Part shown: one piece after another, positions 37,436-50,692 of the stretch | Layout of the letters: each line of letters starts with the position of its first letter | How positions within the stretch are numbered: position 1 is the first letter of the stretch | NCBI RefSeq assembly: GCF_006345805.1 | Contig: NC_043003.1 | Coordinates: 53,878,001-53,942,000, forward strand | From: Octopus sinensis | Lineage: Eukaryota | Direction of reading: 5' to 3' | DNA length: 64,000 nt | Program-made: the position numbers and the translations under genes | The notes under the pieces: model-generated | What the model was told of the DNA's origin: nothing | The model's database searches: none | The model's input: only the letters and a program-made list of their open reading frames with translations

Positions 37436-38428
37436 TTTCCATTTCATTAGGAACCCTAACTCCTCCTAACCACAAATGGTTTGTAGTTAGTTCGGTACTC
37501 ATCACCTTCCATAACAAAAGATAACTGAGCCCAGAGTTAACAGCATACTAGTGTTTGTTATTGTGAAGTTTTTTTTTATGTCATCTCATATATTATGACA
37601 TTAGCCTATAGACAGGTGTGTACCACACCAGCTTTGTTTTCTTGTTCCATCATCAGTTTCCAAACCCATTTATACATCCCGTACATACTCCCCGACTGAT
37701 GAAAACTACAACTTTCCGCACGGTTGCGAGGGCTTCCTTTAAATATTGCTTTGTGGGCATATTCAGAAGTGTCACTTTATTTTTCTTTACCGTTTTTTCG
37801 ATAAAGTCGTCGGGTAAGGAAGCTGAACTTTTTGTCAAACACCTAGCCAGAGTCTATATATTTTTCAGAGACAGCACTCTGTTGAAAACAACCTTTTGGT
37901 TTGTGATAATCGCAAAGTTTATGGTGGCATTGCGCAAAATATGAAAATTTCCACTCTCGCCAACGTTTGTGTTTACAAAATGTATCTCAGCCGAATTTTC
38001 TTTTGCTTTTTTTTTTTTTTTTACTGAATATTTTGTTGAAAGTACAAATGTTTGTGTTGGCTTGTTTAGATATCGATTTGATATACATTAAACTTTTGGA
38101 TGCGTATCTCATCACCAAATCAGAGGATATCACATTTACAAAATTTTAAAACACAATAAAATGTTTTTATTTCTTTCCTAAGCATAGAAACACACAAAGT
38201 AAATTAAAAAATCTCTCTATGCAACAAATCCACAAGTCACGGCACAATAAAAATCCAATTCTGAAAGTAATCTATGAATTTTTTAAAAGCTCACGCAGAT
38301 TGTAAATGGCACATCTATTGCAGACAAATCCAATATTCCAAGAATAGTAGGAAGAAAAAGAAGAACGACAACAGTAACAACAACAACCACCACCACCACA
38401 AAAACCAAAAACAACAACAACAACAACA

Positions 38429-38473
<45 letters not shown>

Positions 38474-39114
38474 TCCTTTCTATCGGATTTAACGGCCGCT
38501 AGAAACATTTAGAATTATACAAAGACAAAAGACAGTGGAAATGTGCATAGAACGTGTAAACAATTGAAAAAAAACTATATAACAATTAGCAAAAAATGTT
38601 AACAAACAAAAGCCCCAATAGGGGAAACGCCAGCCAGGGGAAACCAAAGAAATCCTCCCACCCCGAGCGACCCTATTCATCTGAAATACCACGGCAAATG
38701 CTCTTCATTCCTTCTTACTCCTCAGCCTACAGGCACTAGCTTATAAGCAGGCCCGTTCACACGAGCCATCCTCACCACATTCCTTTACCTTTCAGCAAAT
38801 TTAGTGACGGCACTAACTGCCCTTCCTTTTCAAACGGAACTTGGCCAAAAAGGAAAATGTGTCTATCGTCATTCCTTTTAGTCTTATCCACCACACAACC
38901 GCTTTTGCGATAACCACTTGGCAGGGGAAAAACTGCCTACTCTTCTTTTAAACAAAAGAGGGGCAACGAGCGGTTTTCACTGTGGAGTCAGTCGGTGGCC
39001 AGATACGTTGTACACGCATCAACAAATTGCTGTTCGACATAACTCCACAAGTTAGCGATGCTCGGACACTACGACTGTTTCGTCGCTCTGTGCGCGTCTC
39101 TGTACTACTATGCT

Positions 39115-40181
39115 AGTGGTGATGTTGTTGTTGTTGTTGTTGGGGGTGAGGTGCTGGCAATGATGATGATGATGATGATGATGATGGTAGTGGTGGGTGG
39201 GTGGTGAGGCTAGTGAAGTTGATCGCAATGGTTATGTCGATTACCTTGGTGATGACTCGGGGCAGATTGCGTGTCAGAGGTGATAGCTGTAATTAGAAGC
39301 GGCGGCTCTGGTTCAGTGGTGGTGGTGGTGGTGGTAGCTCTTTTGTAGTGTCAGTAGTGGTGAGTAATGTTGATGGTGTAGACAGTGGTATGCTGGAGGT
39401 GGTGTACTGACAAGTGGCGATGGTGGTGCTCAGTAATGGTTATGGTTGTGGTGGCAGCGGTGTTGGCGGGCTGTGGTAGCGGTAGAAGCGGTGATGGCAA
39501 TGGTAGGGGTTTCGGCGGTGACAACAGTGGTGGCGGTAGCAGCGGTGGTGTTGGTGGCAGCGGTGGTGGCGGTGGCAACGGTGGTGGTGGTGGCAGCAGC
39601 GGTGGTGGTGATGGCGGTGGCGGCGGTGGCGGCGGTGACAGCGGTGGTAGCAGTGGCAGCGGTGGAAGCGGTAGAAGCGGTGGTGGGCGATGGCAGTAGT
39701 GGCGACGGTGGCAGAGGTGACGGTGGTAGCAACAGTGGTGGTGGTGGCGGAGGTAGTGGTGGGGGAATCGGTGGCACGGTGGCAGTGGTGGTGGTGATTG
39801 CGGTGCAGAAAGTGGCGACGGTGGCAGCGATGGTTGGGGTGGTAGCGGTGGTGATGATGGCAGAGGTGGTCGCAGTGGCAGCGGCGACGGTGGTGGCAGC
39901 AGAGGTGGCGATGGCAGCGGTGTTGAAGTCCTAGTAATTGCATCGTTGGCGGAACCGGTGATAGCAGAGAAGCTTCCGATAGTAGTGTTGGCGCTGTTGA
40001 TGTTGATGCTAGTGGTGGTGATGCCGACGAAGTATTGTCGTTGCTAATGGTGGTGCTGGTTGCGAAAGGGATTCTGATTGGTGATGTAGGTGGTAGTTGT
40101 AGTGGAGATTGCGAAATAAAGTGATGGCGTAAGTAGTGCCGGCGGCAAAGCTGGTTGAGGGTGTGGTTTTGGTGGTGATGG

Positions 40182-40213
<32 letters not shown>

Positions 40214-40360
40214 ATGATGATGATGATGATGATGACGATGCTGTTGTTGGTAGTGACCCAAGTGAAGGTAGTGGTTCTGGTGTTAGTGGTGCATCGTGTG
40301 GGTGAGGTAGTTCCTGCTGGTGGATCTTAAGTGATGATGTTGGCAGCGGTGGTGGGAGAC
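39115..40360. repeat. GC-rich (GGT/GGC/GAT)n trinucleotide low-complexity region
   Basis: direct reading; open in several frames on both strands. Confidence 0.85.
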
Positions 40361-40706
40361 GTCATGGGTAACCAAAAGGAACCAAAAAGAAACCAAAGAA
40401 AAAACAAACAAACAAATTTAAAAAACATCAACAACAAAGTATGAGATGAAAAGGTGGGGCATAAAAATTTGAGACAAGCAAAGGGTTACTGGCAGTAAGG
40501 ATTAAGACAGAGGGGTGGCTTGTTTATGTATGTATGTATGTATGTATGTATGTATGTATGTATGTATGTACGTACGTACGTACGTATGTATGTACGTATG
40601 TATGTATGTATGTTTGTGTTTATATATATATACATACACACACACTCATTTAAATGCGTAAATATATACATATATATGTATATATATATATATGTATAAC
40701 TATATC

Positions 40707-40739
<33 letters not shown>

Positions 40740-40740
<1 letters not shown>

Positions 40741-42125
40741 CTTTGATACTTTGATACTTTGATAGGTTTCGGCCATTATTGGCCCAGGCCATGTCTAACT
40801 TAATAGCACCACCTGGTGAAGTCTTTCAAGTCAGAATTTGGGCACTATGGCCCACTCAAGTAGAGAGTTATTGTTTACAGAGACATATCCGGGTGTAGGG
40901 GTTTATCCGGGATTTCTTGAAGGAATCTGTCCAAGACTTCTTGAACCCTATAGGGTCAGTTTCTGTTTTAATGTGTTTTGGTGTAATGTTAAAGAGAGCG
41001 GGCCATTGAGGTGAAATAATTGTGCCGTATTGTTGTTATGAGATGAGAGTGCGATTTTTGTTTTGGGCGGATGGCACGGGGCCCAAGCCTTGTGTACCTT
41101 AAAGGTGATGCCAACATCATTTGGGCAATGCGATGGAATATTTCCACATCATGCAGATGATGTAGCGCTCACGACGACGTTGGAGAGAATAGAGTTTTAG
41201 CTTTTCTAGTCGACCCCCAATAGTCGAGGCCTGTCATGCCATCTATCTTTTTTGTGATTCCCTTTGAGGTGCTTCGACTTTTATGATACCTTGTATTGTG
41301 TGGGGAGACCACAGTGGACAACAGTATTCAAGGTGGGGTCGGGCAAAAGTGGAGAAGAGAAGGATAATGGTGTGGATATCTCTCGACTGGAAAGTTCTGA
41401 GAATCCAGGAACACATTCTGCGGGCCATGTCAACTTTGGTGTTTATATGAGTGGCCCAGCTTACGTTGTTGTCCACAATTACTCCCAAGTCTCTGATGTT
41501 GTTGGACGCCGTGAGAGTTTCACCTGAAGGAAGGGAGTATGGGTTTTTCAGGGCATCCTCTTTTCCAAAGTGGATTAGCTCAAATTATCCTCGTTCAGCA
41601 GCATATTGTTTTTTTCTGCCCATTGGATAACAGCCAGTAGATCTGACTGAAGGCATGTCCGGTCACTCGCCTCATTTATGACCTCTGTAGCTTGGAGTCA
41701 TCTGCAAAGATTTTTATGTTGCTGTGCTTGATGATGTCATTAATGTCATTAATGTAATGATGAAAAGAAGTGGGCCCAGCACAGTGCCTTGCGGAACGCC
41801 CTACTGACTTTGGCTGGGCTTGATTTTACCCCTTCAACTACAACATGTTGAATCTGTCTGTCAGGAAACACTTAATCCATTTCAGTAACTTTCCAGAGAC
41901 CCAATGTTGGATAGTTTTTTCAATAGGATCTTGTGATCGACCCTGTCGAAGGCCTTACTGAAATCAAGGTAGATACATCGGTGTTGGAGCCCTCTCCAAA
42001 AGCTCTCAAAATGTCCTCAAAGTGATGCAGGAGCTGCGTTAGGCAGTCCCTTCCATTACGGAACCCATGTTGGTTGGAGATCAGCCGTCTGTTGCTTTCC
42101 AGGTGTAAGCCGTCTGTTGCTTCCA
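40740..42125 (-). mobile_element. 5'-truncated CR1-group LINE (RT to 3' end), frameshifted
   Basis: [67 protein letters not shown]; 3' tail (TATCAAAG)3 at 40741-40764. Confidence 0.92.
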
Positions 42126-42297
42126 TATTATATAATATAATATATATATATATATGCTTGTGCGTGTGTATATGTATGCATATATATGTATATCTATATA
42201 TATATATATATGCATATCTATATGTATACATATGTATATATGTATATATATATATATATAATGTCTCTCTCTCTATATATATGCTTGTCTGTGTGTG

Positions 42298-42344
<47 letters not shown>

Positions 42345-42533
42345 TATATCTATATATACACATATGCACATATATGGTACATAGGAATGTATGTGTGTAT
42401 ATGTATATGTGCGCATGAATGTGTTTATGTATGTGAGTACGTAACACATGTACATAGTTGCAAGCGCTTCGAAGTAAACATGTATGTGTAATTTTATGTG
42501 TATATGTGTAAATGCATGCGTATGTGTGCATGT

Positions 42534-42571
<38 letters not shown>

Positions 42572-43119
42572 TTCCATGTGGGATGGGATGCAGGAAGTGT
42601 AACTGCACTTCCCTCACTCAACACCCATAGTAACTTTTTCCAACTTAATTTCCCTAACCGACGTTCGAATTTCACTCGTAAGCGCCAGTCATCCTGGGAA
42701 GCCATCGAGCGGAAAATCTCAGTACCTACCCACCGACTCACTTCTCCTAAAGGCAGATATTTTTTTTCTGTTTTTCCTTCTCCATACATCTCAGTCCGAT
42801 TAATATGGTCTCCCTCACTCTCCATTCTCTTTCTATCTTGTATCCTCCAAACTCTTCTTAGCTTTATCCTTTAAAACTAATACTCTTTCTCACTCTCCCC
42901 CTCTCTCTTTCTCACTTTTATTTTCTCATTACTTCTCACATTCATTTGCTGCATTTTCAAGATATTCCTTCAATTTTGTGTGTCTGTCTGCCTGCCTATC
43001 TCTTCTCTCTCTCTGCACCCCCCTCTCTCTCTCTATCTATCTATCTACTTACACAGACATCATCTTATTACTCCTCTAAATTCTATATAAATATATTGCT
43101 ATCTCACTCTTCTCTGCCA

Positions 43120-43737
43120 TTACATGTATGTATGTATGTATGTATGTATATATATACATGTATACACATACATACATATATGCATACATATATATACATA
43201 CATATATACATACATATATATATACATACATATATACACACACACATATACATACATACATATATATATACACATGTATACATACATATATAGATATATA
43301 TATTTATACATACATATATATATACACACAGACACACAGACATATATATATATATATACATATGTCCCTAAATGTACATATATATTTAATATATTTACCT
43401 ATATTTACGCGCACACACATATATAAAAATACATGCATATATATATATGTTTATATATATATATGTAGATATATATACATACATATACATATATACAAAC
43501 ATATATACATATATATATACATACATACACACACACATATATATGCATACATACATACATATATACATGCACATATATACCACATATATACATACATATG
43601 TATAATATGCTTATCTATATATGTCTATAAATGTACATATCTATTTAATATATTTATCTATCATATATGAGCACACACACATACTCACACGCATTAATAA
43701 AATACATGCATATATATATATGTATATGTATATATAT

Positions 43738-43771
<34 letters not shown>

Positions 43772-43779
43772 ATTATATA

Positions 43780-43848
<69 letters not shown>

Positions 43849-44139
43849 ATCCACACAATGCAAATGATATATACATACGTGTTATCTTCTTAATATTATC
43901 TCGTATTCAGCTTACTGCAATCCTTATTCTGCGCTATTTCTTCCAATGTCTAATATAAAATATTTTAATTTTCGTTTTTGTTTTTATTTATTATTATTAT
44001 CGTGAATGGATGTATCATTATATAAAGGGTATATTATGTCCGAACCAATTGCAAGCTACATACTTGAGGCACAGCGTGAAGCATTGGAAATGCAGAGCAC
44101 GCAGATACTCACAATAATGTATGTATGTATGCATGCTTG

Positions 44140-44173
<34 letters not shown>

Positions 44174-44489
44174 TGTATGTATGTATGTACGTACGTATGT
44201 GTGTCTGTTTGTATGTATACGTGTGTGTATACGTTGGAATACTTTTACAAATGATATATACACACATGTATATGCACATACTCTTTATTGCCTAAATATA
44301 TGTATGTCCATATATGAGCGTTTCTGCGTTTGTGCTCACTTATACGCACACACACACACCTATTGCCGTACAAATATATATTACAAAATATATTACACAT
44401 ATAATTGTCTCATGTACAGACATACATATATGCATACATAATACACACATGCATAATACATATATATATATGCATACATAATACACACA

Positions 44490-44550
<61 letters not shown>

Positions 44551-44670
44551 TATACATATGCATATGTATAAATATGTGTGCATATGTAATACACATATGC
44601 ACATATAGCTAGATGCATACATACATGTATATACGTACATCAATGTACATAATATATTTATATGCATGTG
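43120..44670. repeat. Compound (TA), (TATG) and (CA) microsatellite field
   Basis: direct reading. Confidence 0.9.
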
Positions 44671-44978
44671 TGGGGTCCTATTACATATTCTCTTATAAAT
44701 ACATCTTTGTATACATTAATACAGATATAGGTACACAGATTTAAGTATAAGTATATTCACGTATAGCGAGAGATAATGGCAACATGTTTCTTAATCCAAC
44801 ATGTTTCTTAATCATGTGTAAGAATGCTGCCTTAACTCTTGTTTTTTTTTTCTATTACACGTCCATTCAGACGTATAGATATAGCTTCACTTATCCGTAT
44901 CTCTATATTATACTTTGATACATACATACATACATATATACATAAATACCTATCTATCTATCTATCTATCTATCTATC

Positions 44979-45044
44979 GTAGCTCAGTGGTAGAGCGTTC
45001 GCTTTGCATGCGAAAGGCCCTGGGTTCGATACCCAGTATCTCCA
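44979..45044 (+). tRNA. tRNA-Ala(TGC) sequence lacking its first ~6 nt (pseudogene/retrocopy)
   Basis: GTAGCTCAGTGGTAGAGC D arm; TTCGC-TT-TGC-AT-GCGAA anticodon arm; CTGGG-TTCGATA-CCCAG T arm; 3' acceptor strand TATCTCC-A; 5' acceptor strand replaced by (TATC)n. Confidence 0.85.
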
Positions 45045-45058
45045 GAATTGCTTATTAA

Positions 45059-45378
45059 TCCCTATTGATAGTTTTTTTCTTCCCTATTGATCGTTTTTTT
45101 CTTTTCCTTTTTTTTTTCCTTTCTACGATCTCTTTTGATCGAAAACCTACCCCCCTTTTTTTCTTTTTCTCCCCCAAAAGAAAAGCTCTACTTCGTAATT
45201 TGTCCCGTCTTGGTCCAGTCCTGTGTGGCTAATAAAGAAACATATCTATATTAATATATTGATATGTGTGTTTGCATGTGTGTGCATATGTATATTATAT
45301 GTACATATATATATATATGTATTCATATTATATGTACATATATATATGTATGCATATATATATGTACATATATATGTA

Positions 45379-45418
<40 letters not shown>

Positions 45419-45419
45419 G

Positions 45420-45474
<55 letters not shown>

Positions 45475-45917
45475 TGTGTGTGTGTGTGTATATATATATA
45501 CATACATACACATACATGTCGATTATCAAATACATAGATACATGGTAGTGGTATAAATAAACGTCAAATGCAAGAATGGATATTACTCATACTAGAAAAT
45601 GTATGATCATGTGTGCTTGTATGTGTACGTTCATGCGCCCGTCCGCCGGTCGGTCGCTCGGTCGGTCGGTCAGTCGGTCGGACTGTCGATCGGACTGTCA
45701 GTTCGTCGTCGGTCTGTCTGTCTGTCTCTATGTCTGTCTATCCCATGTACGTGTGAATGTGTGTGCGCGTCTTGTTTTCTTTTTCTGTTTTTTCTTTTTT
45801 CCTCACGACCCCTTTTGATCGGAATTTTACCACTTTTCTCTTTTTTTTTCGGAAAGAAAAGCTCTACATTGTATTTTGTCCCCTCTGTGTTCGGCCCTGT
45901 GTAGCTAATAAAGAAAC

Positions 45918-45997
<80 letters not shown>

Positions 45998-46256
45998 TTA
46001 TCTATCTATCTATCTGGGTAAACCTCACCTGTCCGCCCCATTACACTTCATATTGACATTTCTGTGATAACGATCCCTATTGATCAATTTTTTTTCCTTT
46101 CCCTTTTTTTCCTCACCTCCCTTTTTTGTCCTCTTTCTTTCCATTTACGATCCCTTTTGATCGAAAACCAAACCCCCTTCTTTTACCCCCAAAAGAAAAG
46201 CTCTACCTTGTAATTTTATCCTGTCTGTGTGCAGCCCTGTGTGGCTAATAAAGAAA
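45059..46256 (+). mobile_element. Three 3'-UTR fragments of a (TATC)n-associated non-LTR retrotransposon (45059-45240, ~45790-45916, ~46015-46256)
   Basis: shared ACGA.C.CTTTTGATCG.AA..GAAAAGCTCTAC..GTA.TTT..CCTGTGT.GCTAATAAAGAAAC, each followed by TATCTAT. Confidence 0.75.
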
Positions 46257-46258
46257 CA

Positions 46259-46337
<79 letters not shown>

Positions 46338-46486
46338 ATCTTGATACTCAAACACCTCCCCAACACACAAATTTAATTTCAGTTTGATTCAGATCTACGA
46401 AAGTTTGGAGTCAAAGTGTTGAGTGCTCCTTTTGTTTGCACGTTTGTTCACTCGTATGCTCATCTATATAGTACAGTACAATATAT

Positions 46487-46544
<58 letters not shown>

Positions 46545-46586
46545 CGCACACACATAAACACACACACGTGTATTTATATATATAAA

Positions 46587-47219
46587 CAGGGTGCAATGGG
46601 TTTAATTGCTGCCATTTCATACTTTTAATTTCTCGCATGCACATTGCTTGTTTTATCTTTATTTTGACGACTACACAGTATAGTAGGATAAGTTAGGCAC
46701 CGTCTGTGAGAAAAACAGCACCATGGTGCAATTTCCTCTGCTAGAAATTTGGAAACGACATACCGTACTGCTTGGCATTCGCGCCGGAAGTTCCTATAGG
46801 AACAGATGGTGAACACACAGAACAATCATTGGCTTGCCATGTCCAAAACGTACCGAGAGTGATAAAAATCAAACATCCAGTCAACATCATGGTGTTTCGA
46901 GTGAACCCCCTTGATTATTATGTGTGGGGCGCAGTTGAGTGAGAGACCAACAAAACTCCTTGTAGCACCAAAGATGAACTGAAGGCAAGGATTATGGCAG
47001 CGTTCACCTACTTAAACGAGATCATCCAGAATAGTTGCAGGAGATTCCGAAGTCATCTGGAAGCGATGGTTGAAGCCAATGGCGATTTTATTGAATAAGA
47101 TTTACTCTTTAGTATTTCAAGATATTTTAAGGGTAATTTTAGTAAATATATCTGCTAAAATGAGATATCAGTGTTATTTTCATTTTTGTGTAATTTAGAC
47201 GACAATTTATTCATTGCAC
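46587..47219 (+). mobile_element. Internally deleted DD37D/maT (Tc1-mariner superfamily) transposon
   Basis: left TIR CAGGGTGCAATGG..AATTG, right ..CAATTTATTCATTGCAC; 46904-47098 reads NPLDYYVWGAVE*ETNKTPCSTKDELKARIMAAF..CRRFRSHLEAMVEANGDFIE*. Confidence 0.85.
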
Positions 47220-47625
47220 AAATACAAAAATGGGACAAGAACGCAAAACACCCAGACAGTTAGTTGATACAAAGAAGGGACAGCAACACATCCAGACAGA
47301 CGATACAAAGAAAAAAGGACGGGTCATTCGGAGTTTTCTTTCCGCAGTCGAGTTCCAGATTATCTTTGCAATTTCGGCTGGTTATACTCGAGATTGCTTC
47401 AATCTGGCCAGCCCCAAGGAAAAACTAAGCTAAGAGTACTAGATTCCTTGGGAGAAAACAGCGAATGTATACGAAAACAAGGTCAAAAAAAAAAACGGAG
47501 AAATGGTACACAAATACAAATAACAGGACATTAACAACGAGTGTATTTCCAATAAGGACGAATTAAATTAAGCTGGCGTGTGTAGAAGTAAAGCCTTACG
47601 GCAAGGACAAAAGTTATGATGACGA
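47220..47625 (-). mobile_element. PLE-terminus-like non-coding element interrupting the right TIR
   Basis: minus strand GGCTGG..CCAGCC-GAAA-TTGCAA..CTGCGGA; overall layout like 1762-2030. Confidence 0.45.
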
Positions 47626-47629
47626 GAGT

Positions 47630-47850
47630 TCTAGTTGATCCGATCAACAGAACAGCCTGATAAGAGGACCCTGCTCGTGAAATTCACGTGAAAGTGGCTG
47701 AGCACTCCACAGATACGCGTACCCTTCACGTAGTTCTCAGGGAGATTCAGCGTCACACAGAATGTGACGAGGCTGACCCTTTGAATTTCAGGTACAACTC
47801 GTTTTTGCCAACTGAGTGGATTTGAGCGACGCGAAATAAAGTGTTGTGAG
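47630..47850 (-). mobile_element. SINE family E (5' body related to family C, different 3' part)
   Basis: minus strand CACTTTATTTCGCGTCGCTC..TCCACTCAGTTGGCAAAAACGAGT matches 13485-13531. Confidence 0.65.
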
Positions 47851-47902
47851 CCGAATAAGCTAATCACCATGTCACGCCCCTTCATATATATATGTACGTA
47901 CA

Positions 47903-48164
47903 TACGAGGGGTGTATGAAAAGTCTTGAGCCTCAAAAAAACAAAACATGGTACAAGACTTCTGATGAAGGTACAAGACTTCAAGGCTCAAAACTTTTCAT
48001 ACACCCCCTCGTATAGACTTCTGATGAAGGTACAAGACTTCAAGGCTCAAAACTTTTCATACCACCCTCGTCTATATATATATATATATATATTATATAT
48101 ACGAGGGGGTGTATGAAAAGTTTGAGCCTTGAAGTCTTGTACCTTCATCAGAAGTCTTGTACCA
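47903..48164. mobile_element. ~110-bp mariner-type MITE (47903-48013) plus partial direct (48014-48072) and inverted (48100-48164) duplications
   Basis: TIRs TA-CGAGGGGTGTATGAAAAG / CTTTTCATACACCCCCTCG-TA. Confidence 0.85.
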
Positions 48165-49309
48165 TCACACTCATACCTCAACTACTCTTCCTCCCACCCA
48201 GAACACACACCAAGCTTTCCATCCCCTATTCCCAATCCTCCGTCTACGTAGGCTCTGTAGTGACGACCATGCTTTGAGACTCAGTCTCAACGTATGGCTC
48301 ACCACTTCACCCTACGTGATACCCCCTCACCACTATCCACACCGCCCTTGCCAGAGCATGGTCCGTGGACCGTGTATCTGCTCTCTCTCCCCGAACCCGC
48401 CCTGTAGTCTCCCGCCTCCCTTTTCCCCTCACTTACCACCCCACGACCTACCTCTCCAACGCACCATTCTTCGAGCTTTCCGTCATCTTCCAGTCCGACC
48501 GTCCACTTCACACCCCTCTTCCCTAACCGACCCCTCCCCTCTTTCAAACGAGCCCACAACCTTCGAGACCTTTTGGTCCATAGCTCCTCCCTGACCATAC
48601 CTCCCAACCCGGCTCGTTCCCCTGCTCCCGCCACACGTTGCTGCACTTGCCCTTACCTCTCTAACACCACCCTCCTCACTAGCACCCATCATCGACCCAT
48701 CCCATCATCCACTCCTTCACCTGCACCTCCAGAATATTATCTATTGCGTCTCTTGCTCTCTCTGCCATTCCTTGTACATCGGACAAACGGGACGCCGCTT
48801 GGCTGACCGGTTCGCGGAACACCTTCGTGACATCCACCTTGCGAACGACACACCGGTCTCTCGCCATTTCCGCTCCACCGGTCACTCCTTGCAACACCTA
48901 TCTGTGTTCGGTTTGTCCTTACACAGAGGCCATCCGGATTCCCGTTTGCGCCGTGAACAGGAATTAATCTTCTCTCTCGCTCTTATACGCCATTTGGTCT
49001 CAACTCCCCCCCACCCCCCCCCCTCCCTCATCTAACTCCCCTCCTCCCTCCTCCTCCACCTACCTTTCCCCCCGACCCCTACTTCTTCAGTCCTTCATCC
49101 TTTCACCCCTACCCCCTTCCCTTCTCCCCCTTCCCTCTTCCCCTTCCCTCTGCTCCCTCACTCCCCTTCTCTCTGTCCCCTCTCCCCCTCCCCCTTACTT
49201 CTCCCCCCTCCCCCTTACTTCTCCCCCCTCCCCCCCTCCCCTCCCCTCCCCCTTTCTCCTCTCTCCACACTACCCACACGACTTTACACTTCACATCATA
49301 TATGATGTG

Positions 49310-49546
49310 CCATACTAATACATACACCAACTAATACATACTAATACATACTAATACATACTAATACATACACCAACCCTATACATACACACGTCCAGAC
49401 CTCTCATACGCACTAATACTCTCTCATACACACACACACACCCTTATACATACTAATACGTACTAATACATACTAATACATACTAATACATACACCAACC
49501 CTATACATACACACGTCCAGACCTCTCATACGCACTAATACTCTCT

Positions 49547-49585
<39 letters not shown>

Positions 49586-49692
49586 ATACATACTAATACA
49601 TACTAATACATACACCAACCCTATACATACACACGTCCAGACCTCTCATACGCACTAATACTCTCTAATACACACACACACACACACCCTTA
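49310..49692 (+). repeat. ~121-bp tandem repeat (x3) with (CATACTAATA)n in the PLE 3' UTR
   Basis: CACCAACCCTATACATACACACGTCCAGACC at 49371, 49493 and 49613. Confidence 0.9.
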
Positions 49693-49854
49693 TGTTGGAG
49701 CTGGTCATTCAACCCTATTATCTCCCCTAATTTCGCTCTCGCGTCTCATGTTTGATCTTTGACTTCTGACCGAAATCAGATCGCCATGTTGGTTCGTTAG
49801 TTACTGCACGCATTTTTTTTCTCTCCTTCTTTCTGTGTTTTTTCTCTCTGTGTA

Positions 49855-49892
49855 TCTTTCTGTTGAAGAGCGTAGGCTCGAAACGTTAAAGA
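49855..49892 (+). ncRNA. Minimal type I hammerhead motif, A6U core variant
   Basis: TCTTT-CTGTTGA-A-GAGC(GTAG)GCTC-GAAA-CG-TT-AAAGA. Confidence 0.75.
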
Positions 49893-50008
49893 CTTGTTTT
49901 ATTTATATTTCCTGAGCGCCATACTAATACAATTGTTTGTTCGTTTTCCACCTGCCTTCTTCTTTTGTCTATTTTCATAAAGCTTCCCGTTATATATATA
50001 TATATATA

Positions 50009-50141
50009 TATGAGGGGCATATGAAAAGGCTTGAGCCTAAAAAAAAACAATAAAACAATAAAACAAAGACTTCTGATGAAGGTACAAAACTGCAAGGTTC
50101 AAAGGCCTTGAAGGCTCAAAACGTTTCATACATCCCTCGTA
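50009..50141. mobile_element. Second, more diverged copy of the mariner-type MITE
   Basis: TGAGGGGCATATGAAAAGG..CGTTTCATACATCCCTCGTA. Confidence 0.8.
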
Positions 50142-50149
50142 TATATGTA

Positions 50150-50692
50150 AGATTTTCGAACCCCTCCTCGTTCTTGGCCACCGGCTCGGTATTGGTGTTG
50201 CAGGCAGAGCGGCTGTTGTCATTCTCAACAGCGCCTCACACAGAGTAATCCATGGGTTCAACCGAGAGAATTAGGAGGCCGGATATTGGTGTTGGTGAAT
50301 TCTTAGAAATCCCCCGACAACTACTTCTGGCACTTTCCGGGGATATATCAACGAACCGAATCCTACTGTCAGAAATACGGCCCTGAAGCAGCAACCCTCT
50401 CCAGTCAGATTTTGATCACAGTCACCAGCAGTTTCACATAGTCGTCTGAACTGATCCTAAAGATGTGAGGAATTCTGGCTTGCTGACACAGTCAGAACAC
50501 CTACTGTGTCCCTCTCTGCAGGCCACGATTTTGTAGCCTCTGTTGCAGCTGTCCTTATCAGATCTTATAGCCTTCACATTGTTCATAGAGCATTGAGCAG
50601 CAGTCATAATATGGCCATTTTGATACACGGCGTGCATCATTATGATACAGGTAATTCTTTTCCAATATTCAAATGACTTCCTGTCCGGCATG
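50150..50692 (-). pseudogene. DD37D/maT transposase relic, internally deleted
   Basis: minus strand YVKLLVTVIKI*LERVAASGPYF*Q*DS..PPNSL.LNPMDYSV*GAVE..CNT, compared with QQDSAP..WPPNSPDLNP.DY. Confidence 0.8.

Larger units (their letters stand above)
48165..49990 (+). mobile_element. 5'-truncated Penelope-like element (Neptune-like), degenerate RT thumb, linker and GIY-YIG, with 3' HHR
   Basis: SHSYLNYSSSHPEHT..IPYSQ.LRLRRLCSDD (PLE thumb); RCCTCP Cys-rich linker; NIIYCVSCSLCHSLYIGQTGRRLADRFAEHLRDI..PVSRHF..H..RLRREQELIFSL; ends in (TA)n. Confidence 0.92.

Noticed and set aside
37696-37740. CTGATGA motif
   Set aside because: No pairing GAAA or stems
39351-40330. Gly-, Pro-, His- and Ala-rich ORFs up to 273 aa
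   Set aside because: Trinucleotide low complexity open in many frames on both strands; no domain or splice support
41920-42825. 301-aa minus-strand ORF
   Set aside because: Chance read-through of unique sequence, microsatellites and a LINE RT fragment
47961-48030. CTGATGAAGG inside the mariner-type MITE (also near 48145 and 50073)
   Set aside because: No GAAA, stem III or UH partner; not a hammerhead
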